A stretch of 64,000 nt of DNA, taken from the IMG/VR virus record IMGVR_UViG_3300019472_000035, positions 4,696-68,695 of that record; one strand, 5' to 3'. Each line of letters begins with the position of its first letter. The first letter of the stretch is position 1. Under the pieces are notes generated by a model. It was not told the origin of the DNA and ran no database searches. It saw only the letters and a program-made list of their open reading frames with translations. The position numbers and the translations under genes are program-made. Of the stretch, positions 29,277 through 38,515 are shown one piece after another. The stretch comes from a virus.

Positions 29277-30156
29277 CTTACAGGAGTTAGTCGAGGAATA
29301 TACCACATTATCACGAAACGGTGGTAAAATTCCAAGGGGTACTTGTCCAATATGTCACGGTGACAATCCAACAGAGTTTTGTATACTTGGTGACAGATAC
29401 TACTGTCATAAATGTGGTTCATCTGGTGATGCAATCGGTTTTTATTCCGAAGTAGAGGGTTTACCGTTCTATCAAGCGGTGGAAGCCTTGGCAGAAAAAT
29501 ATGAGGTATCAACAGACGACCCTGTGTATCAAAAACAGAAAAGCATCGTTGGTCAGAATACGAAAGTTGCTATCAAGTATCATAAAGCCGTTGATGCCGT
29601 TCGTGAATACATGAATGTCAAGCGAGGTATTAACGATGATACGTTGGAAGATTTTCTGATTGGTTATGACAAGGGTGGTTTCTTGGGTGTACAATCGTCT
29701 GGTATCGTGATTCCAATTCAAGATGCCTATGGTCGTATTGTTGGGTTTTCCAAGAGAAGATTGGAAGAAACCAATGAACCAAAATACAAGAATACCAAAG
29801 AAGACGATGTGTTTGTCAAACGACAACTGTTGTTTAATTACCATCGTGCGGTTAAAATGCTGCATCCGAATGGTGTGCTTCATGTTGCCGAGGGGTATCT
29901 TGATGTCATGTCTGCACACCAACAGGGTATTCCATGCGTTGGGTATCTTGGTGGACGATTGACAAAAGACCAGATTGGTTTACTCTGGGAGTTACAAAAG
30001 CGATACAACGGAGATATTACGTTTGCATTGGCGGTTGATAATCCAGAGTGTGATGCGACTGGTCGTAAAGCATTGTTAAAAACAAGGGAAGACATTAATA
30101 AATACGCACCAGATTTAAACGTGCGTGTGGTCAAGTATCCGAAAAATGATGAGTAA
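29242..30156 (+). CDS. dnaG: DNA primase (DnaG-like, CHC2 zinc finger plus Toprim)
   Basis: CPICHGDNPTEFCILGDRYYCHKCGSSGDAIGF zinc-binding motif. HVAEGYLDVMSAH and GYLGG Toprim-like motifs. Confidence 0.75.
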   Translation: MNTISTLKYKIDLQELVEEYTTLSRNGGKIPRGTCPICHGDNPTEFCILGDRYYCHKCGSSGDAIGFYSEVEGLPFYQAVEALAEKYEVSTDDPVYQKQKSIVGQNTKVAIKYHKAVDAVREYMNVKRGINDDTLEDFLIGYDKGGFLGVQSSGIVIPIQDAYGRIVGFSKRRLEETNEPKYKNTKEDDVFVKRQLLFNYHRAVKMLHPNGVLHVAEGYLDVMSAHQQGIPCVGYLGGRLTKDQIGLLWELQKRYNGDITFALAVDNPECDATGRKALLKTREDINKYAPDLNVRVVKYPKNDE

Positions 30157-30325
30157 ATACGACAATTTACCAAAGCATATTGGTGTCAGAAAACAAATGT
30201 GGATTGATGCGAAATGTATGTATTGCGAGCCACCGTATAATTACGAGTGTAAATTATGCTTGCGTTGTTGTGTCAATCGCAAAGGTAAAGTCAGAAATCG
30301 TTGTGGTTTTAAGAAAGCTGGGTAA
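30146..30325 (+). CDS. small Cys-rich zinc-ribbon protein
   Basis: CMYCEPPYNYECKLCLRCCVNRKGKVRNRCG. Confidence 0.25.
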   Translation: MMSKYDNLPKHIGVRKQMWIDAKCMYCEPPYNYECKLCLRCCVNRKGKVRNRCGFKKAG

Positions 30326-30328
30326 ACA

Positions 30329-30580
30329 ATGGGATATGCACTATTAGATGGCACTTGTGTGTCTTCAATGATTAACAAAGAATATACTGTGAATGGTTAT
30401 CGGTTTATCACTCAATTTGATAATGGGTGGATTTCCATTCGTTTTTTAGACGATGTTCCAACCAATTGTATCAACCAATTCAGTAACATTGGTGCGTTCA
30501 ATGAATACATCGAGTATTTAAAACGTAAGCCACATCATGATGATTACGTAGCACGAACAACGGAGGAAAACAATGGATAA
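30329..30580 (+). CDS. hypothetical protein
   Basis: 83 aa ORF. Confidence 0.3.
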   Translation: MGYALLDGTCVSSMINKEYTVNGYRFITQFDNGWISIRFLDDVPTNCINQFSNIGAFNEYIEYLKRKPHHDDYVARTTEENNG

Positions 30581-30791
30581 AATAACATCAGATATATTGT
30601 TTTATATCAATCAAATGTTTAACTTTGTAGAGCCAATTAATAATCCAACAGAATTAACCATTGGTGATACGTTGTATAATATCCATGTTTACGCTGGGTA
30701 TAAAATCACGGTAGATAATACGGTAACACATACGTCTACCGATTTTAAAGACTTTATGTCGTTCCATGATTTCATGATGGGGGTCTTATAG
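30573..30791 (+). CDS. hypothetical protein
   Basis: 72 aa ORF. Confidence 0.3.
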   Translation: MDKITSDILFYINQMFNFVEPINNPTELTIGDTLYNIHVYAGYKITVDNTVTHTSTDFKDFMSFHDFMMGVL

Positions 30792-31286
30792 ATGAAAACA
30801 TTATATATGGTTAAATACGGTTGTGGTCAATGGGAAGATTACCATGAAGATATTGAATGTATGTATGAAACATTTGAAGATGCCAAACATAAATGTCTAC
30901 AGTTGCAATCTGAAATCGACAAACGATTACAAGATAATCAACATTGGTATGATACATTGAATAAACTGGATAATGAAGACATCGAAAGTGTTTATAATGA
31001 AATTGTTGGACAGACAACCTTTGTTGTTGCATTTTTTGAATTTGTTGATTCACCCAAGGATTTCCCAGAAATCTTAGGTTTGTTTGACAAAGATATGCAA
31101 GATAAGTTTCTATTGTATGCCGAAGCCGAAGAATACGTCAATTCAATCAGTATTTTTGATAACGAATGGGATAATCCACATTACTTTATGTCTATATACG
31201 AATGGTCAGACGATGGTTCGATGAAATGGGTTGATACCTTTGGTTCTGAAAAATTGGAGAATATGTCATGCTTCAAACAGAATTAA
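30792..31286 (+). CDS. acidic hypothetical protein
   Basis: 164 aa ORF rich in Asp and Glu. Confidence 0.3.
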   Translation: MKTLYMVKYGCGQWEDYHEDIECMYETFEDAKHKCLQLQSEIDKRLQDNQHWYDTLNKLDNEDIESVYNEIVGQTTFVVAFFEFVDSPKDFPEILGLFDKDMQDKFLLYAEAEEYVNSISIFDNEWDNPHYFMSIYEWSDDGSMKWVDTFGSEKLENMSCFKQN

Positions 31287-32014
31287 TCACACGAGTGATG
31301 TTGTTTGACCAAGTAAATCAATGCCAAGGATTTTGCTGGGATACAAAACGTAAGCAGTTTATCTTGGCTACTATATCTGGTGATAATAAAACCCAAGATA
31401 TTTTCCGTATTAGCTACGATGGCTCAATCACTATCAACTATCACTTTAACGATAGACCACGCCTTGGTCACATGAACACGTTGACATATCGGCGTGATAC
31501 CGATGTGATATATACCACAAATGCAACAATAGATGGCTTCTTGTTGACGGCTTTGGATGCAAAATACCTATCAGTCAAAGAAGAAATAAAAATGCCATAC
31601 AAGGTCTTTAACGTGGCGTATGACCCATTCACGCACAAGTTTGTATCCATTAGACCATACAAGAAAAATATTCGTTTAATTCAAGAATATAAATGCGTGG
31701 CAAACGACAATAAACCGCAGTTCGTTCGTGAATATGAACTTGATTGTGAAAACGAAGATATTAATAATAATGGTGCTTTTGTGTTTTTAGATAATATTAT
31801 TTTTACAACCTTGACACATCTCGTAATCTATGATACATTTAATAATGTAAAGACGATGGTTGAACTGCCAAAGAACTTCGAGGTAGAAGACATTGATATT
31901 GTCGATGGTCAGTTATACTGTAGTGTATACAGACCAAAAGGTATCGTTGAAATCCATCGTATTTTGGGATTAGATTCCCAATTGACAAAAAATGTTCGTC
32001 CTATTGGGTTTTAA
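31268..32014 (+). CDS. hypothetical protein
   Basis: 248 aa ORF. Confidence 0.3.
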   Translation: MLQTELITRVMLFDQVNQCQGFCWDTKRKQFILATISGDNKTQDIFRISYDGSITINYHFNDRPRLGHMNTLTYRRDTDVIYTTNATIDGFLLTALDAKYLSVKEEIKMPYKVFNVAYDPFTHKFVSIRPYKKNIRLIQEYKCVANDNKPQFVREYELDCENEDINNNGAFVFLDNIIFTTLTHLVIYDTFNNVKTMVELPKNFEVEDIDIVDGQLYCSVYRPKGIVEIHRILGLDSQLTKNVRPIGF

Positions 32015-32047
32015 ATCCCAGTTTTTTTAACACGGAGGTAGAAAATT

Positions 32048-32215
32048 ATGAAAGTGGTATCTTACGAAGATTTATTTGGTTCAAATAATATTATCGCTTA
32101 TTGCGAAGACCTAGCCATTGAAAAAGACGGCAAAAAGTACTTTTCTGTAGAGGTACTAAAGACAACATATTTTGAGTATTTAGACAGATGGGTACAGGAG
32201 GTAGAGTTTGAATGA
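32048..32215 (+). CDS. small hypothetical protein
   Basis: 55 aa ORF with GGAGG RBS. Not in the track because it is shorter than 60 aa. Confidence 0.25.
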   Translation: MKVVSYEDLFGSNNIIAYCEDLAIEKDGKKYFSVEVLKTTYFEYLDRWVQEVEFE

Positions 32216-32943
32216 ACGTATTAATCGCTTGCGAGGAATCACAAACAGTATGTAAAGCGTTTAGACAACTTGGGTTTAATGCCTATAGTTGTGACATTGT
32301 GGAGTGTTCTGGAGAACATCCAGAGTGGCATTTCAAAGAAGACATCTTTGACGTAATCAAACGCAAAGGAGGTGTCACCCAAAGTGGCAATCTTGTGTTT
32401 GTTGACAAATGGGATTTAATGATTGCACATCCACCATGTACGTTTTTATCATCCAGTGGTGCAAAATGGTATTATCACCCAGACGATAAGGATTTACCAA
32501 TTGAACAACGTAGACCGCATCCACGGTTTCCACATCGGAAACAAGACCAAGATGCAGCCGTTGATTTCTTCTTGGCGTTATACAATACGAACATTCCGTA
32601 TATTGCCATTGAAAATCCTGTTGGTGTCATGTCAACACGTTTTCGTAAACCAGACCAGATTGTACAACCGTATATGTTTGGTAACGCAGCACGTAAGACC
32701 ACTTGTTTGTGGCTTAAGGGTCTACCACTTTTAGAACCAACGAAACTTGTTTCGGAGGGCGAATCCATCGTATTCCGTAGTGGTAAAAAAATGCCAAAGT
32801 GGTACTGCGATGCGTTGACAAATGCGAAAACCGATGCAGAACGCAGAAAACTACGGTCTAAAACATTTGATGGCATCGCACAAGCAATGGCATCTCAATG
32901 GGGAACATTTGTTAAACACGAAATGGAGAAACGTAATGATTGA
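32212..32943 (+). CDS. divergent C5-cytosine-methyltransferase-fold protein lacking the canonical FxGxGG motif
   Basis: Motif IV-like HPPCTFLSSSG (Pro-Cys) and motif VI-like IAIENPVG. N-terminal LIACEESQ sits where FSGIGG would be. Confidence 0.4.
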   Translation: MNVLIACEESQTVCKAFRQLGFNAYSCDIVECSGEHPEWHFKEDIFDVIKRKGGVTQSGNLVFVDKWDLMIAHPPCTFLSSSGAKWYYHPDDKDLPIEQRRPHPRFPHRKQDQDAAVDFFLALYNTNIPYIAIENPVGVMSTRFRKPDQIVQPYMFGNAARKTTCLWLKGLPLLEPTKLVSEGESIVFRSGKKMPKWYCDALTNAKTDAERRKLRSKTFDGIAQAMASQWGTFVKHEMEKRND

Positions 32944-33202
32944 TTTCTTGGAAAAACATTATATCTTTTTCACACGATTTGTTTGGATTGTAACCTATAT
33001 CGTTCTATTAGGTGTGCTTGATTTTTACAACGTATATAAAATCAACGATGTACCGACATTCATCTGTTTTATCTTCGGTATCTATTGGCTTGCCAAGATA
33101 TTGACTGCTATGATTGTCATTGGTGTTGCAGCCTTGTTACAAATCAATGTTGACATCGAATTAAAATCATCGTTTACAATCAACAATAAATACATTTTTT
33201 AG
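32936..33202 (+). CDS. small integral membrane protein
   Basis: Two or three hydrophobic helices. Confidence 0.3.
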   Translation: MIDFLEKHYIFFTRFVWIVTYIVLLGVLDFYNVYKINDVPTFICFIFGIYWLAKILTAMIVIGVAALLQINVDIELKSSFTINNKYIF

Positions 33203-33235
33203 ATTTAGTGTAGCGAAGCGAAACGAGGAAAAATT

Positions 33236-34150
33236 ATGAAATACAGAAACGGAAATGCGGTTGTCACCTTGGATTTACGAGATGGCACACGCATTATTGA
33301 ATACCCAGACAACGAACCATTGACACTAGAAACGCCACTCAATATTGATATTCGTGTATCTACACAATGTCCATATGGCTATAATATGGAAACGCAGAAA
33401 TCCACTTGTGCATTTTGTCACGAATCTGCATTGGTTAGCGGAGTAGAATGTCACTATGGTGTTCTACAACAAGTATTGATGGATGCAAAATTACCACGTG
33501 GGACAGAAATCGCTCTAGGTGTAAACGAAGTCACAGATGATTTAATCCAGTTTGTAAAGAATTTATACCGACTTGGATTGGTTGTTAACATTACAATGAA
33601 CGAACGTTATATCTTACAATATGGCGATACAGGGTTAAAACAAATGTTACCCTATGTGTTTGGTCTTGGCATTTCTTATCGTTCGTTACAGGGGTGTTTA
33701 TCACTGCCAGATTGGATTGCAGAATATCCACACACGGTTATTCATGTAATCAACGGTATTGACGACTTTGACGATGTAAAAGAATTAGGGGTTAAATACC
33801 GTAAGTTATTGGTCTTGGGTGAAAAAGACTTTGGGTTCAACCGTGGTAAAGTTAACTTGGATACACCAGAACACAAACAATGGAAATCCAACATTATGCA
33901 ATTGACAAAAATCTTTGACATTGTATCTTTTGATAACTTGGGGTTGCAACAATTAGAAATCCGTGGTAAAATTACAGATGAAGAATACAAATCGTTTTAC
34001 CAAGGCGAACATTCCATGTATATTAATGCGGTGGAACAATATTTTGCTCCATCCAGTCGTACACGAAATAACATCAAGCACTTTGGTGAAACCGATTTAC
34101 GTTCGTATTTTCAATGTTGCGAATTACAGGAGGTGTCGCATGATAATTAA
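33236..34150 (+). CDS. Cys-rich protein, possible Fe-S / noncanonical radical-SAM-like enzyme
   Basis: IDIRVSTQCPYGYNMETQKSTCAFCHE (C-X12-C-X2-C) near the N-terminus. Further Cys/His residues downstream. Confidence 0.3.
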   Translation: MKYRNGNAVVTLDLRDGTRIIEYPDNEPLTLETPLNIDIRVSTQCPYGYNMETQKSTCAFCHESALVSGVECHYGVLQQVLMDAKLPRGTEIALGVNEVTDDLIQFVKNLYRLGLVVNITMNERYILQYGDTGLKQMLPYVFGLGISYRSLQGCLSLPDWIAEYPHTVIHVINGIDDFDDVKELGVKYRKLLVLGEKDFGFNRGKVNLDTPEHKQWKSNIMQLTKIFDIVSFDNLGLQQLEIRGKITDEEYKSFYQGEHSMYINAVEQYFAPSSRTRNNIKHFGETDLRSYFQCCELQEVSHDN

Positions 34151-34679
34151 GCGAGTAGGTGTGTTTGAAACCAACAGTTCATCCGCACATTCTCTTGCGT
34201 ATGGCACAGACTATATCTTAAGGGGTTCTCGTTGGTATCAACCAACCGAAGAACACGACTTTAGTAATCCAATGTATCGTTTAGATAAAGTACCAGACCA
34301 CTACCGAGGATACACATTTTATGAATGGCTTGGTGAGTACGGTTGGGGATACGATGTATTGACTACACCACAAGAAAAGTTTTCGTATCTGTTGACACAA
34401 ATGGCGGATACATCGGAAGAATTACATGAATCAACCGATTACGAAACCATAAAAGAAATGATTGAAGATATTGGTTGTGAAATTATTCGATGTAATGACC
34501 AAGATGGTTACGTTGACCATGAAAGCTATGGTATTGTTAACACATCGTTATTTAAGTCCAAAAAAGACTTGATTACGTATCTGTTTAATGATAACATTAG
34601 AGTATACATTGAAAACGACAATAGCGAATACCAAGAATGGTACACAGGTGAAAAACGTCACTCTTGGGGGTGCATATGA
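34140..34679 (+). CDS. hypothetical protein
   Basis: ATG at 34140 after AGGAGG. Confidence 0.3.
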   Translation: MIIKRVGVFETNSSSAHSLAYGTDYILRGSRWYQPTEEHDFSNPMYRLDKVPDHYRGYTFYEWLGEYGWGYDVLTTPQEKFSYLLTQMADTSEELHESTDYETIKEMIEDIGCEIIRCNDQDGYVDHESYGIVNTSLFKSKKDLITYLFNDNIRVYIENDNSEYQEWYTGEKRHSWGCI

Positions 34680-34894
34680 CATATTCAGAAATACTAGATA
34701 CAATATCTATCGGCTCAAAGTGTTATCGAGAGTCGTGGAATGGAAGTGTTTATTTACGATATAAGGTTATGTTTGATGCCAATGGTATTCCTGTGGATAA
34801 TGCATTGGTTGAAATGACAGACCGTGAATACATTGGTATTTATACACCAGAGCCACGTGACCAGTTTGCAAACGATTGGATAATTGTCGAATGA
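34664..34894 (+). CDS. hypothetical protein
   Basis: 76 aa ORF. Confidence 0.25.
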   Translation: MGVHMTYSEILDTISIGSKCYRESWNGSVYLRYKVMFDANGIPVDNALVEMTDREYIGIYTPEPRDQFANDWIIVE

Positions 34895-35784
34895 AATTTA
34901 TAGATTTATTCTCTGGCATCGGTGGTTTTCACTCTGGCTTAACCAAAGCTGGTATGAAATGCGTTGGTTGGTGCGAACAAGATAAATACGCACAAGCATC
35001 ATACCGTGCGTTATACCCAACAGATAATCTTTGGTTTTCACCAGATATTCGTGCATTAAACGGTACAGAGATGCCGTATGCAGACTTATGGTGCTTCGGT
35101 TTCCCATGCCAAGATGTGTCTATTGCTGGACTAAAAGATGGTATGGGAAATACACGAAGCGGTTTATTTTACGAAGTCACGAGGTTACTACATGAAACAA
35201 AACATAAACCCAAATGGTTGCTTATTGAGAATGTTAAAAACCTCTTGTCAATCAGTAATGGATGGGGATTTTACGGCGTTTTGTCTGAAATGGACAAAGC
35301 AGGGTACAGTATCGCATGGCGTGTGTATAACACAAAAGACTTTGGACTACCACAAAACCGTGAAAGGTTGTTCATTATCGGACATCTTGGAAACGACTGT
35401 CCATCCGAAGTATTATACCGACCCAACCAAAGCGAACAATCTATTGTTCAAGTCGGAAATATAATACGTACAACATCTTTTGATGGGAATCCACAACGAG
35501 GTCGCATATATTCACCACATGGGTTATCCCCAACTTTGACGTGTGTCAAGGGCGGTGGTATTGAACCAAAGATATTATTAAGTCGCAATCCCAATGTAAT
35601 ACGCAAGTTGACCCCAAGAGAGTTCTGGCGACTACAGGGTTTTACAGACCAACAATTTGAAACTTGTGCTAAGATACAGTCCAACGCACAATTGTATAAA
35701 CAGGCTGGGAATTCCGTGTCTATACCGATTGTATATGAACTTGGGAAGAAGATTGTTGAATACCACAGGAGGTTACATGGATAA
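34876..35784 (+). CDS. dcm: DNA (cytosine-5)-methyltransferase
   Basis: Motif I FIDLFSGIGGF. Motif IV GFPCQDVSIAG. Motif VI ENVKNL. Confidence 0.85.
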   Translation: MDNCRMKFIDLFSGIGGFHSGLTKAGMKCVGWCEQDKYAQASYRALYPTDNLWFSPDIRALNGTEMPYADLWCFGFPCQDVSIAGLKDGMGNTRSGLFYEVTRLLHETKHKPKWLLIENVKNLLSISNGWGFYGVLSEMDKAGYSIAWRVYNTKDFGLPQNRERLFIIGHLGNDCPSEVLYRPNQSEQSIVQVGNIIRTTSFDGNPQRGRIYSPHGLSPTLTCVKGGGIEPKILLSRNPNVIRKLTPREFWRLQGFTDQQFETCAKIQSNAQLYKQAGNSVSIPIVYELGKKIVEYHRRLHG

Positions 35785-36082
35785 TTTTATTGAGAATTGT
35801 AAAAACGTAGTCATGCAAACACTTAGTTTTCCAATGTCTGCTTATGCCAGTTCACAAGCAAGGATGCAAGATGTAAAGCTGATGTATAATTCTTTAAACA
35901 TTGTCTGGTTTTCTAAAACACTCCAGAATCATAAAGCATTAGTTATGTCAACAAGCGAAGACTTTGACCATGTTTATTGGGAAGTTACATACAATGGTGA
36001 CAAAGATGAATATTATGTTGACAGATACATAAAGCAATCCAATACCGTAATCTTGGGAGAAGATATTAATGAAGCCTTGTAA
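35777..36082 (+). CDS. hypothetical protein
   Basis: ATG at 35777 after AGGAGG. Confidence 0.3.
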   Translation: MDNFIENCKNVVMQTLSFPMSAYASSQARMQDVKLMYNSLNIVWFSKTLQNHKALVMSTSEDFDHVYWEVTYNGDKDEYYVDRYIKQSNTVILGEDINEAL

Positions 36083-37226
36083 AGATTACAATGATTTACT
36101 GGTACAGGACTATTCCATTGGCTCTCTTGAAACAGAGCCTTTGGATATTGCTTGTTTGAATGTTCTATTAGAAGAATACCCAAAGCAAGAAGACCAATAT
36201 AAAAAGGCATCTCGGTTTTGTAAATCCGTACACGACTCAATGGTACTTGCCGATATTGCCACACTCTTGGCAAAGCGATGGGGTCGTTCCATTGATGATG
36301 TCAAGAAATATCTTGATGTATCTGCCACCAATGAAGAAGAACTATGGGGTAAAACACATGGTTTTTCTGATTCGTTTGACGACTTAAAATCGTTCATTGG
36401 ACAAGATGGTGTTCCACTTGGGTTTCCATCTTTGGATTTTGCCTTGAATGGTGTTAAGCGTAGAGAAATCGTATTGCTTGGGGCATACACTAACCAAGGT
36501 AAATCATTCGTTGCAGCCAAAGTTGCTGCACATCGGTTGATGGATTCTAAAGACAATCTATTGATTTTCTCAATGGAGATGCCAAGGGGTCAATTCTTGG
36601 CGAACATTGTGGAAGAAATCTTGGGTGTCGATGAAGATACTTTGGTTGAGATGTTAAAAACGGAGCAAGGCATCGAGGTGTATTCCAAAGTGTCTGCCGT
36701 ATTAGACAAGCGTGTACGCTTTGTTGATGAACCGAATAAGACTATTGACGACTTAGAGAAAATCACCGAAGCGTGTTATGCCAATGATTTTCCTGTTGAT
36801 TTTGTCATATTTGACCACTTTCATTTAATACCACAGATTGATGATATTCCTGTGTTATCAAAAAATGCCAATCAAATGAAAGAATACGTTAAGAAGTTTA
36901 ATCTTGTGTTGTTTATGCTTTGTCAGTTCAATGAAGAGTCCCAGTCCGTCTTTAGCAGCGACAAAAAGAAGAAACCGTATGAAGCCATGTTACGGCATAT
37001 CAAGGGTGCTAATGCCCTTAAAGCAATTGCAGACATTGTGTTATTACTGTGGCGACCATACAAGACGGATACACAATTGGATTTTGACGAACGTGATAAA
37101 ATCAAGAATGTGTCATGCATCAAAATCGGTAAATCTCGTCGCAAGCTGCGAGGACCAGCGGATATATTCCAATATAAGGTCAACGATAAAACCACGAGAA
37201 TGGAAGAAATTAATTATTTTGGATAA
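36069..37226 (+). CDS. dnaB: DnaB-like replicative helicase (RecA-like C-terminal domain)
   Basis: Walker A GAYTNQGKS. SMEM H1a-like motif. Walker B FVIFDHFHL. QFN and an arginine-finger region. Confidence 0.7.
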   Translation: MKPCKDYNDLLVQDYSIGSLETEPLDIACLNVLLEEYPKQEDQYKKASRFCKSVHDSMVLADIATLLAKRWGRSIDDVKKYLDVSATNEEELWGKTHGFSDSFDDLKSFIGQDGVPLGFPSLDFALNGVKRREIVLLGAYTNQGKSFVAAKVAAHRLMDSKDNLLIFSMEMPRGQFLANIVEEILGVDEDTLVEMLKTEQGIEVYSKVSAVLDKRVRFVDEPNKTIDDLEKITEACYANDFPVDFVIFDHFHLIPQIDDIPVLSKNANQMKEYVKKFNLVLFMLCQFNEESQSVFSSDKKKKPYEAMLRHIKGANALKAIADIVLLLWRPYKTDTQLDFDERDKIKNVSCIKIGKSRRKLRGPADIFQYKVNDKTTRMEEINYFG

Positions 37227-37243
37227 ATTATTGTATTTTATTG

Positions 37244-37272
37244 TTGACAACATTGTGTATATATGTTAATAT
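37244..37272 (+). promoter_or_regulatory. promoter for the tRNA / tRNA-like locus
   Basis: TTGACA with a 17-nt spacer to TAATAT, with TG at -15. Confidence 0.35.
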
Positions 37273-37351
37273 AATACTGTAGTTAAGTGCTACGCCTCCT
37301 TTCTTAACATAGCCGATGTAAGTGGTTGCCCCTACTTGCATTGGCACACAT

Positions 37352-37433
37352 GGACTGTTGCTGGGTTATGGTACAAATTCGCATAAATTGTCATGTCCGA
37401 AGAAAACCAACAGGTTCGATTCCTGTACAGTTC
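37352..37433 (+). ncRNA. possible degenerate tRNA-like element
   Basis: Canonical T-arm ACAGG-TTCGATT-CCTGT. A 7-bp acceptor with one G-U (GGACTGT/ACAGTTC). The internal region does not fold canonically. Confidence 0.2.
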
Positions 37434-37896
37434 TATTGCTATAAGCAAAATGTTTATCAAAAGGTGTGCCTGTTGTACACATCCCAAAAAGACAACACGT
37501 GTTGATTGATTACACGACAACAAATCATTCGTTTTCAATGACGGTACATTGCTTGGGTAAGACCAAGAGAATCATCTGTGATGCCATTTATCAATAAAAA
37601 TGGACATGGTTACTGTTAAGCCTTAAAACAGGGTTGTGCCATTCCATAATCGCACAGGCAGACAAGTCTATAACAATCATGTGTAGAAATGTAAGTTTTA
37701 TTACTATACTACGAATTTTTTACTGCCGTCAGGAGCAGACGTTAAAACTTAGTCTGACCGCAAAAGACTTTAAAACATGAGCGAACGTGTACACATCTAC
37801 CGCCGATGAGTATAGACGTATACGAACATAAGACATCGAGATTGCAATCTTTCGATGGTCGAATGATACAACAAGGATTGTATGGCGGTAGAATAT

Positions 37897-37971
37897 CGAG
37901 AGATGGTGTAACGTAAGCATGGTCGTCAAGGGTGGCGACAGGTACAGGTTAAATTCCTGTTCTCTCGACCA
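37897..37971 (+). ncRNA. noncanonical tRNA-like element (perfect acceptor, T-arm and ACCA; aberrant D/anticodon region)
   Basis: Acceptor CGAGAGA/TCTCTCG. T-arm ACAGG-TTAAATT-CCTGT. 3' ACCA. The internal 38 nt does not give canonical D and anticodon arms. Confidence 0.3.
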
Positions 37972-37974
37972 CAT

Positions 37975-38032
37975 GGAGAATTAGCTTAATGGTAAAGACT
38001 ATTGGACGTTGGTTCGATTCCAACATTCTCCA
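37975..38032 (+). ncRNA. anticodon-armless tRNA-like element (58 nt)
   Basis: Acceptor GGAGAAT/ATTCTCC. D-arm-like GCTT-AATGGTAA-AGAC. 8-nt linker. T-arm GTTGG-TTCGATT-CCAAC. Discriminator A. Confidence 0.4.
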
Positions 38033-38130
38033 CAAGGTAAATCTATGGTGGGTCGCCACCACGATGGTCGGTACAAACTGGTTGCCGTAATGAGAGAACG
38101 GAGGTACCCTGTTTTCTCACCAGTCACCAT

Positions 38131-38220
38131 GGATGGTTGTCAGAGTGGCTTATTGAGTTTCTTTGCTAAAGAAATGTTGTTGCAAAACAACCACAGGTTC
38201 AAATCCTGTACCATCCTCCA
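38131..38220 (+). tRNA. tRNA-Ser (anticodon GCT), type II with long variable arm, CCA encoded
   Basis: Acceptor GGATGGT/ACCATCC. Anticodon arm TTTCT-TTGCTAA-AGAAA. Variable arm GTTGTT-GCAAA-AACAAC. T-arm ACAGG-TTCAAAT-CCTGT. Confidence 0.8.
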
Positions 38221-38294
38221 TTCGGTATTCACACATTATCGTAAAGGGTAGAACGTAGCCATGGAATGTTTTACTATGTGTGCCACACAACAGA

Positions 38295-38370
38295 TACATA
38301 TTAGTTTACAGGTAAAACAACGCTTAGACTGAAAAAGCGTAGACGGTGAGTTCGATACTGACCATATGTA
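38295..38370 (+). ncRNA. tRNA-like element with expanded (9-11 nt) anticodon loop
   Basis: Acceptor TACATAT/ATATGTA. D-arm GTTT-ACAGGTA-AAAC. Anticodon stem CGCTT/AAGCG enclosing AGACTGAAA. T-arm GGTGAG-TTCGATA-CTGACC. Confidence 0.35.
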
Positions 38371-38435
38371 TTGGTGTTGTATTCTTGGGTAGTTCTCGTA
38401 GCATCTGGCTATTATAGTCCTATCCCAAGAGCCAT

Positions 38436-38510
38436 GCCACTTTAGTTTAATGGCTAAAACGAGTGTCTTGTAAACATTTGATATTGGTTCGATTCCAATA
38501 AGTGGCTCCA
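38436..38510 (+). tRNA. tRNA-Thr (anticodon TGT), CCA encoded
   Basis: Acceptor GCCACTT/AAGTGGC. D-arm GTTT-AATGGCTA-AAAC. Anticodon arm AGTGT-CTTGTAA-ACATT. T-arm ATTGG-TTCGATT-CCAAT. Confidence 0.85.
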
Positions 38511-38515
38511 AGTAT

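Noticed and set aside
33236-34150. Calling the Cys-rich protein a bona fide radical SAM enzyme
   Set aside because: The canonical CX3CX2C spacing is absent (C-X12-C-X2-C). No clear GGE/ribose motifs could be verified by eye. It is kept only as a hypothesis.
38009-38251. 80-aa + strand ORF inside the RNA locus
   Set aside because: It reads straight through the armless tRNA-like element and the whole tRNA-Ser(GCT) gene (its last codons are the acceptor and CCA). It has a TTG start, no RBS and no coding-like composition.
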